A stretch of DNA of 64,000 nucleotides from positions 4,712,001-4,776,000 of the forward strand of contig OZ176058.1 of NCBI GenBank assembly GCA_964247055.1. The letters run 5' to 3'. The stretch's first letter is position 1, and each line of letters starts with the position of its first letter. The stretch is from Paragordius varius. Taxonomy: Eukaryota; Animalia; Nematomorpha. Below are positions 37,001-59,329 of this stretch, one piece after another. Under the pieces are notes generated by a model, which was not told the origin of the DNA, made no database searches, and saw only the letters and a list, made by a program, of their open reading frames with translations. Both the position numbers and the translations under genes were made by a program.

Positions 37001-37875
37001 ATATATATCTATTTCACACTTTGCTATTTTAAACAATAAGTTATATTTGAAAAATCAAGAATTAAAAAGTATGGTTTTTGCTTTTAAAATAAAAATATTT
37101 GTCTTTATATTTTTACATTTTAAATATCAGTTTTTACAGTAAAACTAATATCTTTTTTTAGTAGTTAGTTTTTAAGAATACAGATATGTGATAGCTTAGA
37201 ATATGTAAACAGTATAAAATTTAAATTTATAAAAACGTTAAAACAAATATAGTTTTACAGCAAAACGTATAAAAATTATACGGACAAAAACGTAAAAAAT
37301 TCAAATTAACAAATATTTTTTTGCATAATTATCATTAAACCATAATATTTTCACCAAATTATGTTAATTGTAATTTTGCTTTATTTGTTGAACTTAACCA
37401 TTTACATTTCTAAATTCAAAAATTTTTTGGCTTTTATATTTTGTACTTTTTTAAATTTTACAGTACATTAAAAAAGGGGGTGCTTTAGTGTATAATCATT
37501 GAGATTAAAAGCAATTTTATAAAAATTGACTGGATAAATTGAATTAAACTACATTTACTCCTCAGTATCTTATTTACAAACAAACCGTTTTTTTAAATGG
37601 GTGTAATACATAATCTTATATTTTCTAAAAAAAGCTTTGAACCTCTCAAATACTCTGTTGCACCATCCAACACTAAATTAAGCAATGGATCGAATCCTTT
37701 TAGTATTCCGGCCACTTCGCGACCACCAATAAATTTAATTCTAACAGCTTTGTCCATATATTTTTGCATATTAATAACGGTTTCTCGTTTTTTATGTTCA
37801 TTAGCAGTGTTTGCTTTAACATTATTTGAAGTTTGCTGGAAATATATAAATTTAAAAATTTACCATGTGAGCCAT
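30948..37875 (-). CDS. LSM7: U6 snRNA-associated Sm-like protein LSm7, 114 aa (whole gene)
   Basis: Exons 37864-37875 (MAHM), 37643-37835 and 30948-31087 total 345 nt. KYMDKAVRIKFIGGREVAGILKGFDPLLNLVLDGATEYLR|DPED...LGLVVCRGNAVSLVCPVEGMTEISNPF matches LSm7 Sm1/Sm2. Confidence 0.93.
31088..35790. repeat. Intronic satellite of LSM7 built around copies of the last-exon splice acceptor
   Basis: About a dozen GGATCTAAAA (= TTTTAG|ATCC on the gene strand) among degenerate AT-rich units; 32624-32654 copies the first ~25 nt of the exon. Confidence 0.9.
35938..36481. mobile_element. TIR element (TATACCATTT..CACTTCAA) in LSM7 intron
   Basis: Left TATACCATTTGCACTTCAAGAGTG..CCTTAAACATTTCAAGTTGG pairs with right CCAACTTGAAGTGTTTAAGG..CACTTTTGAAGTGAAAATGGTATA. 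Confidence 0.7.
37643..37835 (-). CDS. LSM7: LSM7 exon 2 (Sm1)
   Basis: CCAG|CAA; phase-1 donor G|GTTCAA. Confidence 0.93.
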
Positions 37876-37974
37876 GATATGAGTGAATACGTAAATTATG
37901 ATAAAGTATTTAAATTGGGCAAAAATAATTATAAGTATCAAATTTTTAAAATATTTTTTTATAATTCGCTATAT

Positions 37975-39530
37975 TATCAATGAACTATAACACTGCGATC
38001 AAAATCGGGAAGATAAAAAATAACCATATGAAATATATATATTCTGGTATTTAAATGTATCAGGTTTATCATTGTGCTTTTGCTTTTGACCCTTACGAAT
38101 TTTCTAAAAAAAGTTATTTATATTCGTGATAATTGCATATCAGAAACAATTAAAATTCGCGTACATCTTTTTATCATTTAAATAACATATTCATAGTCCT
38201 TCGATTCAAATAGGGTAGTTGGGTATCCCATGCTTGTGTTAAATTAGATATTTTAAAAAATAATAACCGAATTAAACCATGGCAAAGATATGCGTTTATA
38301 TAACATTAATGAACCGAAAAAACTCATTCAAAAATACGGTAAAACCTCAAGGTAATTTTATCAACATGACATGTGTGTAAATTTCAAAATAATACAAAAT
38401 AAACTACTTTTTCTGTTTCTATGAATCTTAGTTGTGATTTAAAGCTTTAAAATTAACACTTCGACTCAAATTGGGGTATCTAAATACCCCAGACTAAATT
38501 TGAGTTAGGATATTAAAAAACTACTGAAGGAAACGGTCCCAATTTAAATTTATGCTTCTATCCTAATCAAAATTATATAAATTGACAAAATTTCTAATTA
38601 AATTTTGAAAACAAAGTATGTCATACTACCTCGACGCCATTTTTATTTTGCAAAATTTTTGCATATCGGCTTCATATTTTAAGGGTAAAATTAAACAAAA
38701 ATTTTTATTTAATTACATCTAACATTGATAGAAATAGAAAAAGCGGTTTATTTTGTATTATTTAATTTTACCATTTCACACATGTCACGTGACGAAATTA
38801 TTACCTATCGGTTTTAGCTTAAAATAAGTAATATCAAGTATTTTTGAATAACTTTTTTTTATATTTCCGTTTATTAATGTTATGAAACGCTAAATTTTGC
38901 CATGGTTACGATATCTTCCATACTTTTTAAAGTATTTGATGTTAAACAGGCCTGGGGTATCCAAACCCCAATTTGAATCGACGGACTAAAATTAATGTGT
39001 TGTATCCAGGTGTTAAAAGAATTTTTTATATATTTTGAATATTATCAATGCACTATAACATGCGTTCAAAATCGGGAACTAGAAAACATCAGATGAAATA
39101 TATATATTCTGGCAGTAAAGTGTATCAGGTTTACCATTGTATGCTTTTGACCCTTATGATGTTCTAATAAAGTTATCTACATTCGTGACTCCATATCAGA
39201 AACAAGTAAGATTTGCGAACATTTTTTTATCATTTAAATAATAATATTCATAGGCCTTCGATTCAAATTGGGGTAGTTGGATACCCCATGCTTGTGTTAA
39301 ATCTGGAACTTGGCAACAAATTGCCTTATAACATTAAACCGAAATCTAAAAGTCATTCAAAAATACTTGATATAACTTATTTTAAGGTAAAACCTCAAGG
39401 TAAAAATTTTGTCTACATATGGGCATTAGCTAAACAAAATAATACAAATAAACTACTTTTCTGTTTCTATCTATGTTAGATGTGATTTAAATAGAAATTA
39501 GCTTTAATTTTAGCTTTAAAATTAAATACT
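37975..39530. repeat. ~500-bp direct duplication (37975-38455 / 39045-39530) bracketing a TIR-bounded ~530-bp insert
   Basis: Colinear similarity; motif TTCGA(C/T)TCAAAT(T/A)GGGGT..ATACCCC occurs at ~38198, ~38459 and ~39256, and inverted at ~38952-38985. Confidence 0.75.
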
Positions 39531-42500
39531 AACGATATTTTGCGAAAATGTTGCAAAATAAATATGGCTTCGAAGTAGTTTGATATGTAACCTTTTTTTT
39601 CAAGATATTTTGCTAGATAAAAAAATTTTGTAGAATATCATTCTACTAAAGCATGGTGAAATCGGTGTAAATATATTTATGATTCGATTTTGCTGAACAT
39701 TTCTATCACATCAGATTTTTGATTTTAAAATGTCATTTATTTGTAAACACAACTTATAAAAACATAAATCTGTAGACAATCCAACATCTCAGGTATTCAG
39801 CATCTTCAAATATAAAAGGATGTTAAGCGTTTCCACCAAGATACAATAAAACTCGCTTTATCAAAGCATGCTAGAATAAAAATTTCACGCCAAATATAAA
39901 TTTTTGGGAAAAAAGTTTTTCAATGTAAATATCTAGCTTATTCTTAATAAATTTTATCACGATATCCTGGCATTTTTGCTAACATGGGACTACCTTTTTC
40001 AAGCAATCCACAAATTTTGAGGCTTTCAATTTTAAATTATTGAAAATGTTCCACTTTTTATATATCGATTTGATATTATATTTAACTGATGTCGTATGAA
40101 GCATTTAAATTTTAATCAAACATAATGTGCTCTATTTTGCGTAAAATCCAAGCAAATAACGAAAAGTGTTAATACAACATTTAAATTTAGTTATAAAAAA
40201 TTCAAATTCACCCTAAAAATAAATTTTGTATTTTCGAGAATGGCATAGTTGATAATTTTTTCAATATTTTAAATTCCTTTCTTAAAAATATATAAAAATA
40301 TGAACAATTTATAATATTAGAAAACACTTAATTTAATTTAGGGTGAATTTGAATTTTTTAAAAATGAATTCGAACTGTAAATGGTATATATATTTTATAT
40401 CCCTAGTAAGGCCCATTGATAACATTTTTCATCATAACATATTTTTTGAGGATATGTTTTCGTGAACTTTATTATGCTAAATAAAAATTATTCCTGAAAG
40501 CTAACTTATTCCAAAAATCATTTTTAGATGTGAAGATATAACTACAAAAACATTAATATGAGTTAGTTTTCTAGAAGTCACGCAAAAATCCCCATATACA
40601 ATTTTTGTAAATAACAAAAGAATTAATAAAAATTATTTTTGAAACAATATCGACCAGTATTCCAAATTAAAAAGTAAAACTTTTTGCTAATTTTTAACTA
40701 GCTCAGTAAAATGTGCCATTTCATAAAAGTAGCATGGCTTTCAAGAAACAATTTTTTTAAAAAAATACAATCATACTTTTAATCCTGTTTTTTTTGAAAA
40801 ATAACTCATTGTTTTAAATTACAAAGTATAGAATAGAAAGTAAATTAGTAATGGAATGTGTTTTACGATTGTAATTTAATGATTATAGGATAAATTATAG
40901 GTTAAAAAGTATGGTTGTCTTTTGAAAAAGAATTGTCTTTATATTTTGACATTTTGTCCGTATAATTTCAATTTTTACTGTATAATGGCTCTAATTTTTT
41001 GTGGAAAAACTTTTTTGTATGAACCACTAACTAAATTACACAAATTATTTATCTAAATTTTATAACACTGTAATTTGAATTATTAAAACCATTAATTATT
41101 TGTTAGTTTCTGATTTTATTATTTAATAAAAAATTATTTTTTTGAATTTTAGCAATATTTAAATATAAAAAATAGATTATCTGGTTTTATGTCACTTAGA
41201 TTACTTTTGATTGTTAAAATGTAATCTAATTATAATTTATTTTTCCAAATTATATTATATTTATTAAATTATTAAAATTAATGATTGATTATTTTACTAT
41301 TCCACTCTATTCAAGTGTGATTTATCATAGTGATTTATTAAAATAAATACAAAATTCTGTTCTATGATCTTATATGCATTTTAATAAAATTCTAAATTCT
41401 AACTCAATTATCCCCACATTTTGCAATTGATTATAAAATTTATATTAATATTACAATATAATATGAAAACATGGTACATATCGATGAATTTTATCATCAT
41501 GGAATGATGTTATGATACTAATAAAGTAATATTTTTCAGTTAAACATGTCAAACAAACTATAAATAGCTGCCTACCTCGGTAAACTAATTTTAGTTTTGT
41601 GGCTTTAAAAGTCATACTTTATCATATAAGTATTTTAGATAATATATTTAAAATTAAAACTACTCACACAAAGCTTAAAAAGTGAAATGTGAATATTTTT
41701 TTGAAGGTTACCACTTTTTCATAAAAATTTATAATTTTTAAAAAATAATTGTAACTCAGAAGTATCCTCAAGACTTATATATATATATATTCTGATAGAT
41801 ATATTATTCAAATTGTGAGAATTACGCATTGTATTTATGAAATTTTATTAATAGATATATTATTCTTTTTGAGTTTAAGCCTTACGGAGTCATTTAAGAA
41901 AATATTTACATCAAAGTACAATACTAAACATCAAAAAATAATTTAGCTATCTGAACTTTGCTGTACACCCAAGTTTTAAAGCAGTTATTCCTAACCTTTT
42001 TTTGTTCAAGCACCACCCCACCAAATTAAAAATAAAAATCTTACGGCCCCTCTCATGTAATCCAAGATAAAAATGTAAAATATATTATAATATAATATGA
42101 ATCCCAATCAATGATATCCTTATATCTGCATATTTTGTAGTATTTCTTCCATATCGGTGACAAATTTTGGTATTTCGCATCTAGTCTTTCTGGTTAAATT
42201 TTAATTGAGTTTTCCAAAATTATCGAGCCCCCTAGTTTGTGAAACCCTTAAAATATTTGAGGCATTTGAGATATACTATAAAAAAATAAAAATTATTTTT
42301 TTTAACTTTTATGCTGATATTTTTCACTAATGATATATATCAAACTGTAATTTGTTATTATTATATCAATTAAATTTGTATTACTGTAAGCTTTGATATT
42401 TAATTGCTTATTATTTTAAAAACTTACCTCAGTCATTATTGCAAGGCAATTTATTGAGAGTCGGAATGCATTGTAAATTATAATAATAAATATATCGAGA

Positions 42501-43699
42501 TTTTTGGTTTTAAATGATGGTATTATATATAAAACATAATTATTATGTGTTAAAAACCAAAAGATATAGGATTGTTGCTTTATATTAAAAATGGTTATAT
42601 GATTTATATAGCCCCAGTTTAAATTAAAACTAAATTAAAAAACTGTTAGACATGGTTTGTGGATTTTACCATTTTAGATTTTCTACCGTTGATATATACA
42701 TATTTTAGCATTATAATATATCCTTTTGTTTGGGTTTATAAATAAAGAGTTTACGGATTAAAAGTTTTTTGGTGTGTTACCATTAAAAAATAAATATATG
42801 CATTTTAATTTTGTTATTATATATTTATTTGATACGTGTTAGTGTTTTAGCTATTAAAGTATATAATCCAACAATCAACAATCATTTGGAAAGTAAAAGA
42901 ACAAAATTAATTAGTATGTTTGAAAAATTCTAAATGTACTAGGTAGTATTTTGACAGGAGGGTACATTGAAATGAACTCATATTTAGAATACCCAGTTCC
43001 ATTTTTATTTTTAACCTATGTTATATAATACAGTACTTTTTAATATAGCCCATCAAATATTATGAACTTTTTTATTTTATTAATTAATTATTTTGTTCTT
43101 TTACACTTGTACCCATAATCTAAATCATTTTTTTTCAATTTAATAATTTCAAAATATATTTAATTATATTTTTATGACTATTATTGATGGATTACACATT
43201 CTCGCTGTCATCACCATCTTCATCTCTACGTTCAGGTACCAACCAAGAAGCTACAATTGATAAAAGAAAACGTTACCAGATTTAGGTATAATAAATGTAA
43301 TATTAATTTAAGACAATAAAATTTACTGTAAGGTTTGATATAATTCCAATATATTTTGCTAAAAACATGTTTGTCTTTTAGTTTTTGCGTTTTGTCCCGC
43401 TTCACATGCATTAATTTTTACTATATATATTTGTTAGTAGTTGTAAACCTCCCCGAGCAACCTTCATCAACCATACCTTTCAACTTTATTTTAAGTTAGC
43501 CCTGATTCAATCAGAGATAATCGCCAGTCACCGATTGAAAAATACTAAAAAGTCTGATCAACAAAAGTTTAACAAATGTTCTTTCTCTCATAGACGAAAA
43601 GAAATCCAACACTCATCAAGAATCAAAAACCGCCACATATTTTCTCCCACTCCACTCTAGTCCCCAAAGAAAAAACAATCACTGGTTCCCTTAAAGATG

Positions 43700-44230
43700 A
43701 AAAGAAATTTGCCATCCAAGTATAATATCCATATCATTCCAATTAATCACATGGAAGCCAATGCATTAGTTGCCTCGAATCGAACATAGGATCGATTATT
43801 TTTGTCTCTTACTATTGGTTTCAGGATGTCATTCACTTTTTGTGTGGGTTGAGAACGTAACTGATTTTAAATTACTTGGCACAACGCATGACATTGCGCC
43901 CAGGGAAGCCTTTAATAAACTTTCGCGCAAATTAGGACTAAATTATGATTTAAGATTTAATTTATATAGCGGTGACCTAAGTATTGAAATACTATCCCAA
44001 GAGTGTATTAAATTTATTAGTCCAAATGTTTTGCCCACGTTAGCGTCCCTTTACATCCTCATTCCTCGTGTGATTTTTCGTTTAATGGAATGCTTTTTAC
44101 ATTTCGTTCTCTTTCCAATCTCTATTGCTCTAAAATCTTTCTACTAAATGATGAATCAAATGTTGAAGAAACGAAAAATATTTTACCAAATGCCGATGCT
44201 AAACATATACAAAATTTGCAAACTTACCCT
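43700..44230 (+). pseudogene. OSGEPL1: OSGEPL1/Qri7 (t6A N6-adenosine threonylcarbamoyltransferase) pseudogene fragment
   Basis: IIPINHMEANALVA (HHMEAH motif), LLLVSGCHSLFVWVENVTDFKLLGTTHDIAPREAFNKLSRKLGL and CDFSFNG occur in different frames with stops. Confidence 0.85.
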
Positions 44231-46199
44231 ATCAATTATCCTCTCTTCCGGTATAAATGGATTGAATCAAGATTTAATACATGGGAAACAGGAATCGGTG
44301 TTGAATTTCTTTACGTTATTCAGAGAAAACCAGTAATTGTTTTTTCTTTGGGACTTAGAGTGGGGGGAAACGATGTGGCGGTTTTTGATTCGTGATTGGT
44401 GTTGGATTTCTTTTTCGTTTTTAAGAAAACATTTGTGGAACTTTTGTTGGTCAAACTTTTTAGTTTTCTTGAAAGAGAAAACGCTTTTTCATCGGTGACT
44501 GGCGGTTATCTCTGATTGAATCGGGGCTATCCTTAAAATAAAGTTGTGAAGATATGGATGATAAAGGTTGCTTTACTAAAAAATATATATACTAAAAATT
44601 AACATGTGAAGCGGGACAAATGCAAAAACTAAAAAACAAACATATTTTTGGCATATATATATTCCAATAATATCAAATCTTAGAGTTAATTTTGGTTTTA
44701 AATTATTATTACATTTAGAAAACCTAGATATGGTTCCTTATAGTTGTCATCAAACGGGTTTGTTGAGTATACTTAATTTTCAGATTCTAGAAATAGTAAG
44801 AAATAATTAAAAATTTTAAATAAAATTAAAAATAACGTTTTTGTTGAAAAGGTGTGATTCAAGTGATGAAAATAATATACCTGAAGAGTCAGTGTTATTT
44901 TGCTGGTTTTGGAGATTGGTTGAACTATATAAAATATTGAAACTTAAAACATTCTTAATTGGTAAATAAAATTTAGCCTGTAATAGATTTTTATAAAATG
45001 AAGAACACATTTAGATAAATATCTAACAGAATAAATACGCATACAGTACACTATACTAAATTTATTGTTGTCTAAATATTTAAAACAAAATCCATCCTTA
45101 TCAGTTGAATTTAGGAAACTAATCAAAACATACGCTATTCAATACGAAACCCAAAAAACATATCTATGCTCGAACTTCAATACAATCAAAACGACTTTAT
45201 TAAGGAAGAATCATTGGAAATGAAAAATGAAACATTTTATAAATTTGTTTTTAAACCCGAAAGAAGCGATAAACACTTTTGAAATGACTTCATAATTTTA
45301 AGGATTATGACTGTCGAGATACATGAAGAAAACTCAGGGTAAGAATTTATTTATTTAATATTTAGACAACAATTGATTTAGTCTACAATATGTGTATTTA
45401 TTATGTTATTTATTCTTTCATATATGCGATCTTATTTTTTTAAAAAATCTATATTTATTTGGCTTAATTATATTTAATTATTAAAAACGTTTTAAGTTTA
45501 CATAATATTATATAGTTCAATCGATCGTAAAAACCAACAAAATAACCCTGACGACTCTTTAAATATATTATTTTCATCACTTATATCACACCTTTTCAAC
45601 AACAATGTTATGTTTAATTTTATTTAAAATATTTAATTAACATTCCAAGAATTCGAAAATGAAATATACTCAAAAAACCCGTTTGATGACAACTATAAGG
45701 AACTAGAACTAGGTTTTATAAATTTAATATTTTAAGACCATAATTTAGTGTAAGGTTTGATATAATTGGAATATATATATACCAAAAACAGGTTTGTCTT
45801 TTAGTTTTTGCGTTTGTCCCTCTTAGCATGCTTTTAATTTTTACTATATATATTTGTTAGTAGTTGTAAACCTAGCTGAGCAACCTTCATCATATCTTCA
45901 CAACTTTATTTTAAAGATAGCCCCGATTCAATCAGAGATAACCGCCAGTCACCGATTGAAAAAGGGGTTTCGTCTCATTCGGAAAAACTAAAAAGTCTGA
46001 CCAACAAAAGTTCCACAAATTTCTAAAAAACGAAAAAGAAATCCAAGACCGATCAAGAGTCAAAAACACCACATCGTTGTTCCCCATCCTAAGTTCCAAA
46101 GAAAAAACAATTACTGGTTATCTGAAAAACGTAAAGAAATCCAACACCGATTCATGTTTTCCATGTATTAAATCTTGATTCAATCCATTTATACCAGAC

Positions 46200-46620
46200 G
46201 AGAGGATAATTGATAGGGTAGTTTTACAAATTTTGTATATGTTTAGCATAGGGATTTGGTAAAATATTTTTCACTAGATCAACATCTGATTCATCATTTT
46301 AAAAGATTTTAGAGCAATAGAGGTTGGAAAGAACTAAATGTAGAAAGCATACCATAAAACGAAAAATCACACGATTTGGGCAAGTTGGATTAATAACTTT
46401 AACACACTCTTGGGACAGTATTTCAATGCTTCGACCACCGCTATATAAATTAAATCTTAAATCATGATTTAGTCCTAATTTCTGGGAAAGTTTATCAAAG
46501 GATATTCCGGGCCCAATGTCATGAGTTGTCCCAAGTATTTTAAAATCAGTGACGTTCTCAACCCACACAATAAGTTAAGACATCCTGACGCCAATATGAG
46601 AGACAAAAAGGATAATTGTT
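46200..46620 (-). pseudogene. OSGEPL1: Second, inverted OSGEPL1 pseudogene fragment
   Basis: LILASGC / WVENVTDFKILGTTHDIGPGISFDKLSQKLGL / SGGRSIEILSQ; frameshifted and lacking the HHMEAH segment. Confidence 0.85.
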
Positions 46621-48647
46621 GTACTTGAAGACAAATTTTTTTTTCGTCTAAAAGAAAACCAGTAATTGTTTTTTCTTTGGAAATTAGGGTGGAAAAGATT
46701 TTAACACACGATAAGCAAAAATGTGTAAATAATCGGTATATTAAGGCGCCCAAATTATGATTGATAAGCTAACATACGTTGAGTTAAAATCTAAAAAATA
46801 ACATCTGGCAAGCGAGTTGATTCACATAATTAATCATCAAAAAATTACATTACGAAAACCATGTTTTATTGCGCTAACAGATATGCATGAAATTAACTGA
46901 TTCAAGAGTAAATCCGTAATTAACTAGGTATATTCCCAAAAATTGATTAAAATTAACAAAAGTTCTAGGAAGCAAGAATATCCAATTAAATTTATATCAT
47001 CGCCCCTTTTGTCAAATTGAAAAAATTAAATGTGTTTTCTCAATGAACGAACAAAAAACGGTAAGTTAAGCAATAAAATATGTATACGGCAATAAATTTT
47101 TGTCAACTTAATCTTGATATTAAAATTTGGTAATAGAAATTTGACTTATTATTGTTTAAATTCTGTAGCCTTTTAAAATTCAATCATCCCAAAAAGTACT
47201 TCAAGTATTATGCCGAATTCAGTATAATATGCTTTCTTTAGGCTTTTAGGCGCATTATACAAATTTCTCTTAAATAATCAATATCGACAAAAAACACCTC
47301 ATTTTAAACCTTGCGGCTATTATCCCTATAAATATTTTTTTCAACTTTCAGGCATAATACTAACAAAAACTTAATATATTTTAACTTTAATATAGGCTGT
47401 TTATTTGTATCGGGTTTGGGGCTGTCTCAATATAAACTTGTAAGTCAAGTTGAGCAAGACTTAAGACAGCAAGTATACACTTGAAGATCGGTGATAAATA
47501 TCCACTTAAGTCAAGTGTTTTGCCTATGAATGTAACATTTTTTTGCCACTCAATTTATATTTTACGGAACTTTTGATCATTTTCAGCCAAAATTTATGTA
47601 ATAAGCCACAAAAAATAAACAATTAATACAATATGCTTTCATTAAAGTTTTTCTAACTCGGATAACACGTATGTTATTTAATATTATATTTTTCCAGGTA
47701 TTAAGCTCGGTAAAAGTAAAATTTTTAAGTTGATAAAATTCTTCGCCCTTAAAACACTTTTCTATTATTTTACCACACTATTTATTTTGTCAGAAGTTCG
47801 TTTGCAAATATAATGAGATGTTTATTCAATATAACAACATATTAGTTTTAATTAACAATACATTTGAAATAAATTTAAGATTAAATACACTCTTTAAATG
47901 TATTAATGGTGAAGTAACCTTTAGTGCTTTTAATTTTATGTAAAATAAGATTTTGCGGTTAACCGAATCGATTAATTTGGCATATTTTTATATGTATTGT
48001 TGTTAAATATTAGCAAAGTTTTTTTAAAAATTTATCATCTTTTGTGTTCACCCATTTTGAATAGTTTAATTAACCATAACAAAAGTTCATATAAACATAT
48101 TATATATATAATTAGTTTTCAAAATAATTTTATCCATATTAAATCTGTCAATTATGCCCTACAACACACTTGAAAATTCTTTAATTTTTATTTGATTATA
48201 TAATTATTTATCATACCCTGAATCAACTTTTCTTCCTAGACTTAATAAGTCGTCTAATGTTAAATTTTTATATGAGAACAAGCATAACTTAAACAAGTCA
48301 GGTCAAATTTTTTTCATCACGCCACCCTTAGAGTCTAGAAGTAAGAAAACTGTAAAGAATGCAAGATTTTTTTATTTAATATATCAAAACTATGCACTAA
48401 TAAGAAAAACTCTGCAAATAATTATGTATATGTACTCCTTTGTGGTCTTAACGAAATATTACCTTTAAAAACATATTATGTTATTATTGCAGTAAAAGGA
48501 ATCGGTTAAATGGTTTTACTAAGTAAATGTATTTAAATTTTAACAAATTGGGTTTGCCATTAGAAAACATGAAGAATTTATTTTTAAACCGACATTTAAA
48601 AAGTCCGGTCAAACCCAAGCCTAATTATTAAATAATAATTTTATAAG

Positions 48648-48965
48648 GAGGAAACGGGTGAAAAACTCGATGGTGAAGGCGTACTTATTCGATTATTTCA
48701 ACAAATTTACGCGTATGGATCTTACAATGTCAAAAGAACCATGAATATCTTTTGTAAATCTATATTTCGAAACTTAAAATATTAAAATTTAAGTATACCA
48801 TGGAACTTTTTTAAATTGGATATATTTTATAAGTAGCGCTTTTGTGATACCATTCGTAACATATTATTAACACACTTTATTTCAGGTTAAATTTTGTAAT
48901 GTTTTAAGTACAAATTGTGGGATGACGTTTCATAGAAAATAGTGAATCCCAAACCATCTGATAAG
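48648..48965 (+). pseudogene. SUGT1: SUGT1 (SGT1) SGS-domain pseudogene fragment
   Basis: EETGEKLDGEGVLIRLFQQIYAYGSYNVKRTMN resembles SGS [32 protein letters not shown]; then VLSTN / WDDVS*KIVNPKP with a frameshift and stop. Confidence 0.72.
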
Positions 48966-49182
48966 ATTATATTAATCCTTGTTAATTTGATAGTAAATGA
49001 GTCCGGAATAATTATCTAAATTAACTTTAATGTGTTAGTACTTACTTAATATAGATTTAGGCATTAAGACTTTGGTACTTTATTTGATTTACCATTAAAT
49101 TTAAAAAATTTACCCAAACAATCAGCATAACCATAAAATATGTTTTTATGCATTTATTTTAAGTTTGCGTTATAACCACTTC

Positions 49183-49216
<34 letters not shown>

Positions 49217-49873
49217 CTAAAGTTATCTAAACTGCAATTTATGGGTGGCTCCTTGTAAGAAATTACATAGAGTAGAAAATATTGCTAGGATCATTTTTGT
49301 TAAAATTCAAGGATTCCATACGTGAATGACAATACAAGAATTAATTTAGCAAACGTATGAATATATTATTGACAAATAAAAAATTTATTAATAAAACTTA
49401 TATTTCGATAAATAAATTTTTTGTTAATAATAAATTCATACGTTTGCTAAATTAATTCTTGCTACCAACATTTTTCGGTTTTATAGCTTTTTTTGTAAAC
49501 TCTTTACCATATTTTAACCTTTTAAAAGATCCGTTCTAACTCAAGAGTCTCCAGTAATAATTTACTTTTACTTTGATGACTTGATGGGTTGACTGGCAAA
49601 TTTTTAAACGTTTTTTCGGTCTAATTAAAGTGCTAGATCTTAACAATTCGCTTGGTTTATTACAATTACAGTAAAAATTGAAATTTTACAGACAGAACGT
49701 AATAAATAAATTTATTTCAAAGACGGACAAACGAAATATTTTTGGGGAATATATATAGTATATAGGACATATTTCACGTATATCCTTGACTTTATTCTAG
49801 ACATCTTTGTGTAATCTATTCAAAATCTCAAATTCTCAATAACTTTTTTTATGATTCTTGTTGAGTTGAGTTT

Positions 49874-59305
<9,432 letters not shown>

Positions 59306-59329
59306 CTATATAGGAGGAAGGAAATAAAA

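Larger units (their letters stand above)
43265..46690. repeat. Large inverted repeat: arms ~43660-45085 and ~45355-46690, spacer ~270 bp, plus a third copy of a ~450-bp module at 43265-43720
   Basis: Reverse-complement identity traced by eye, e.g. ATTGTTGTCTAAATATT at ~45064 vs AATATTTAGACAACAAT at ~45357. Confidence 0.85.

Noticed and set aside
37597-37983. 128-aa plus-strand ORF
   Set aside because: Antisense to LSM7 exons 1-2.
39250-39330. Resemblance to GNL2/YlqF GTPase (SIQIGVVGYP, TWQQIAL)
   Set aside because: The P-loop NVGKS is absent, the motifs are in different frames and too close together, and the match coincides with a TIR-like palindromic motif. Unsupported without an HMM search.
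39600-40150. Slightly GC-richer stretch suggesting decayed coding sequence
   Set aside because: All frames close quickly and no motif was recognised.
46960-47720. Exon-like plus-strand segments with good donors (AAAACG|GTAAGT near 47060; AAACTT|GTAAGT near 47430)
   Set aside because: No recognisable product or consistent gene model; they could be more SUGT1 debris, but this cannot be supported.
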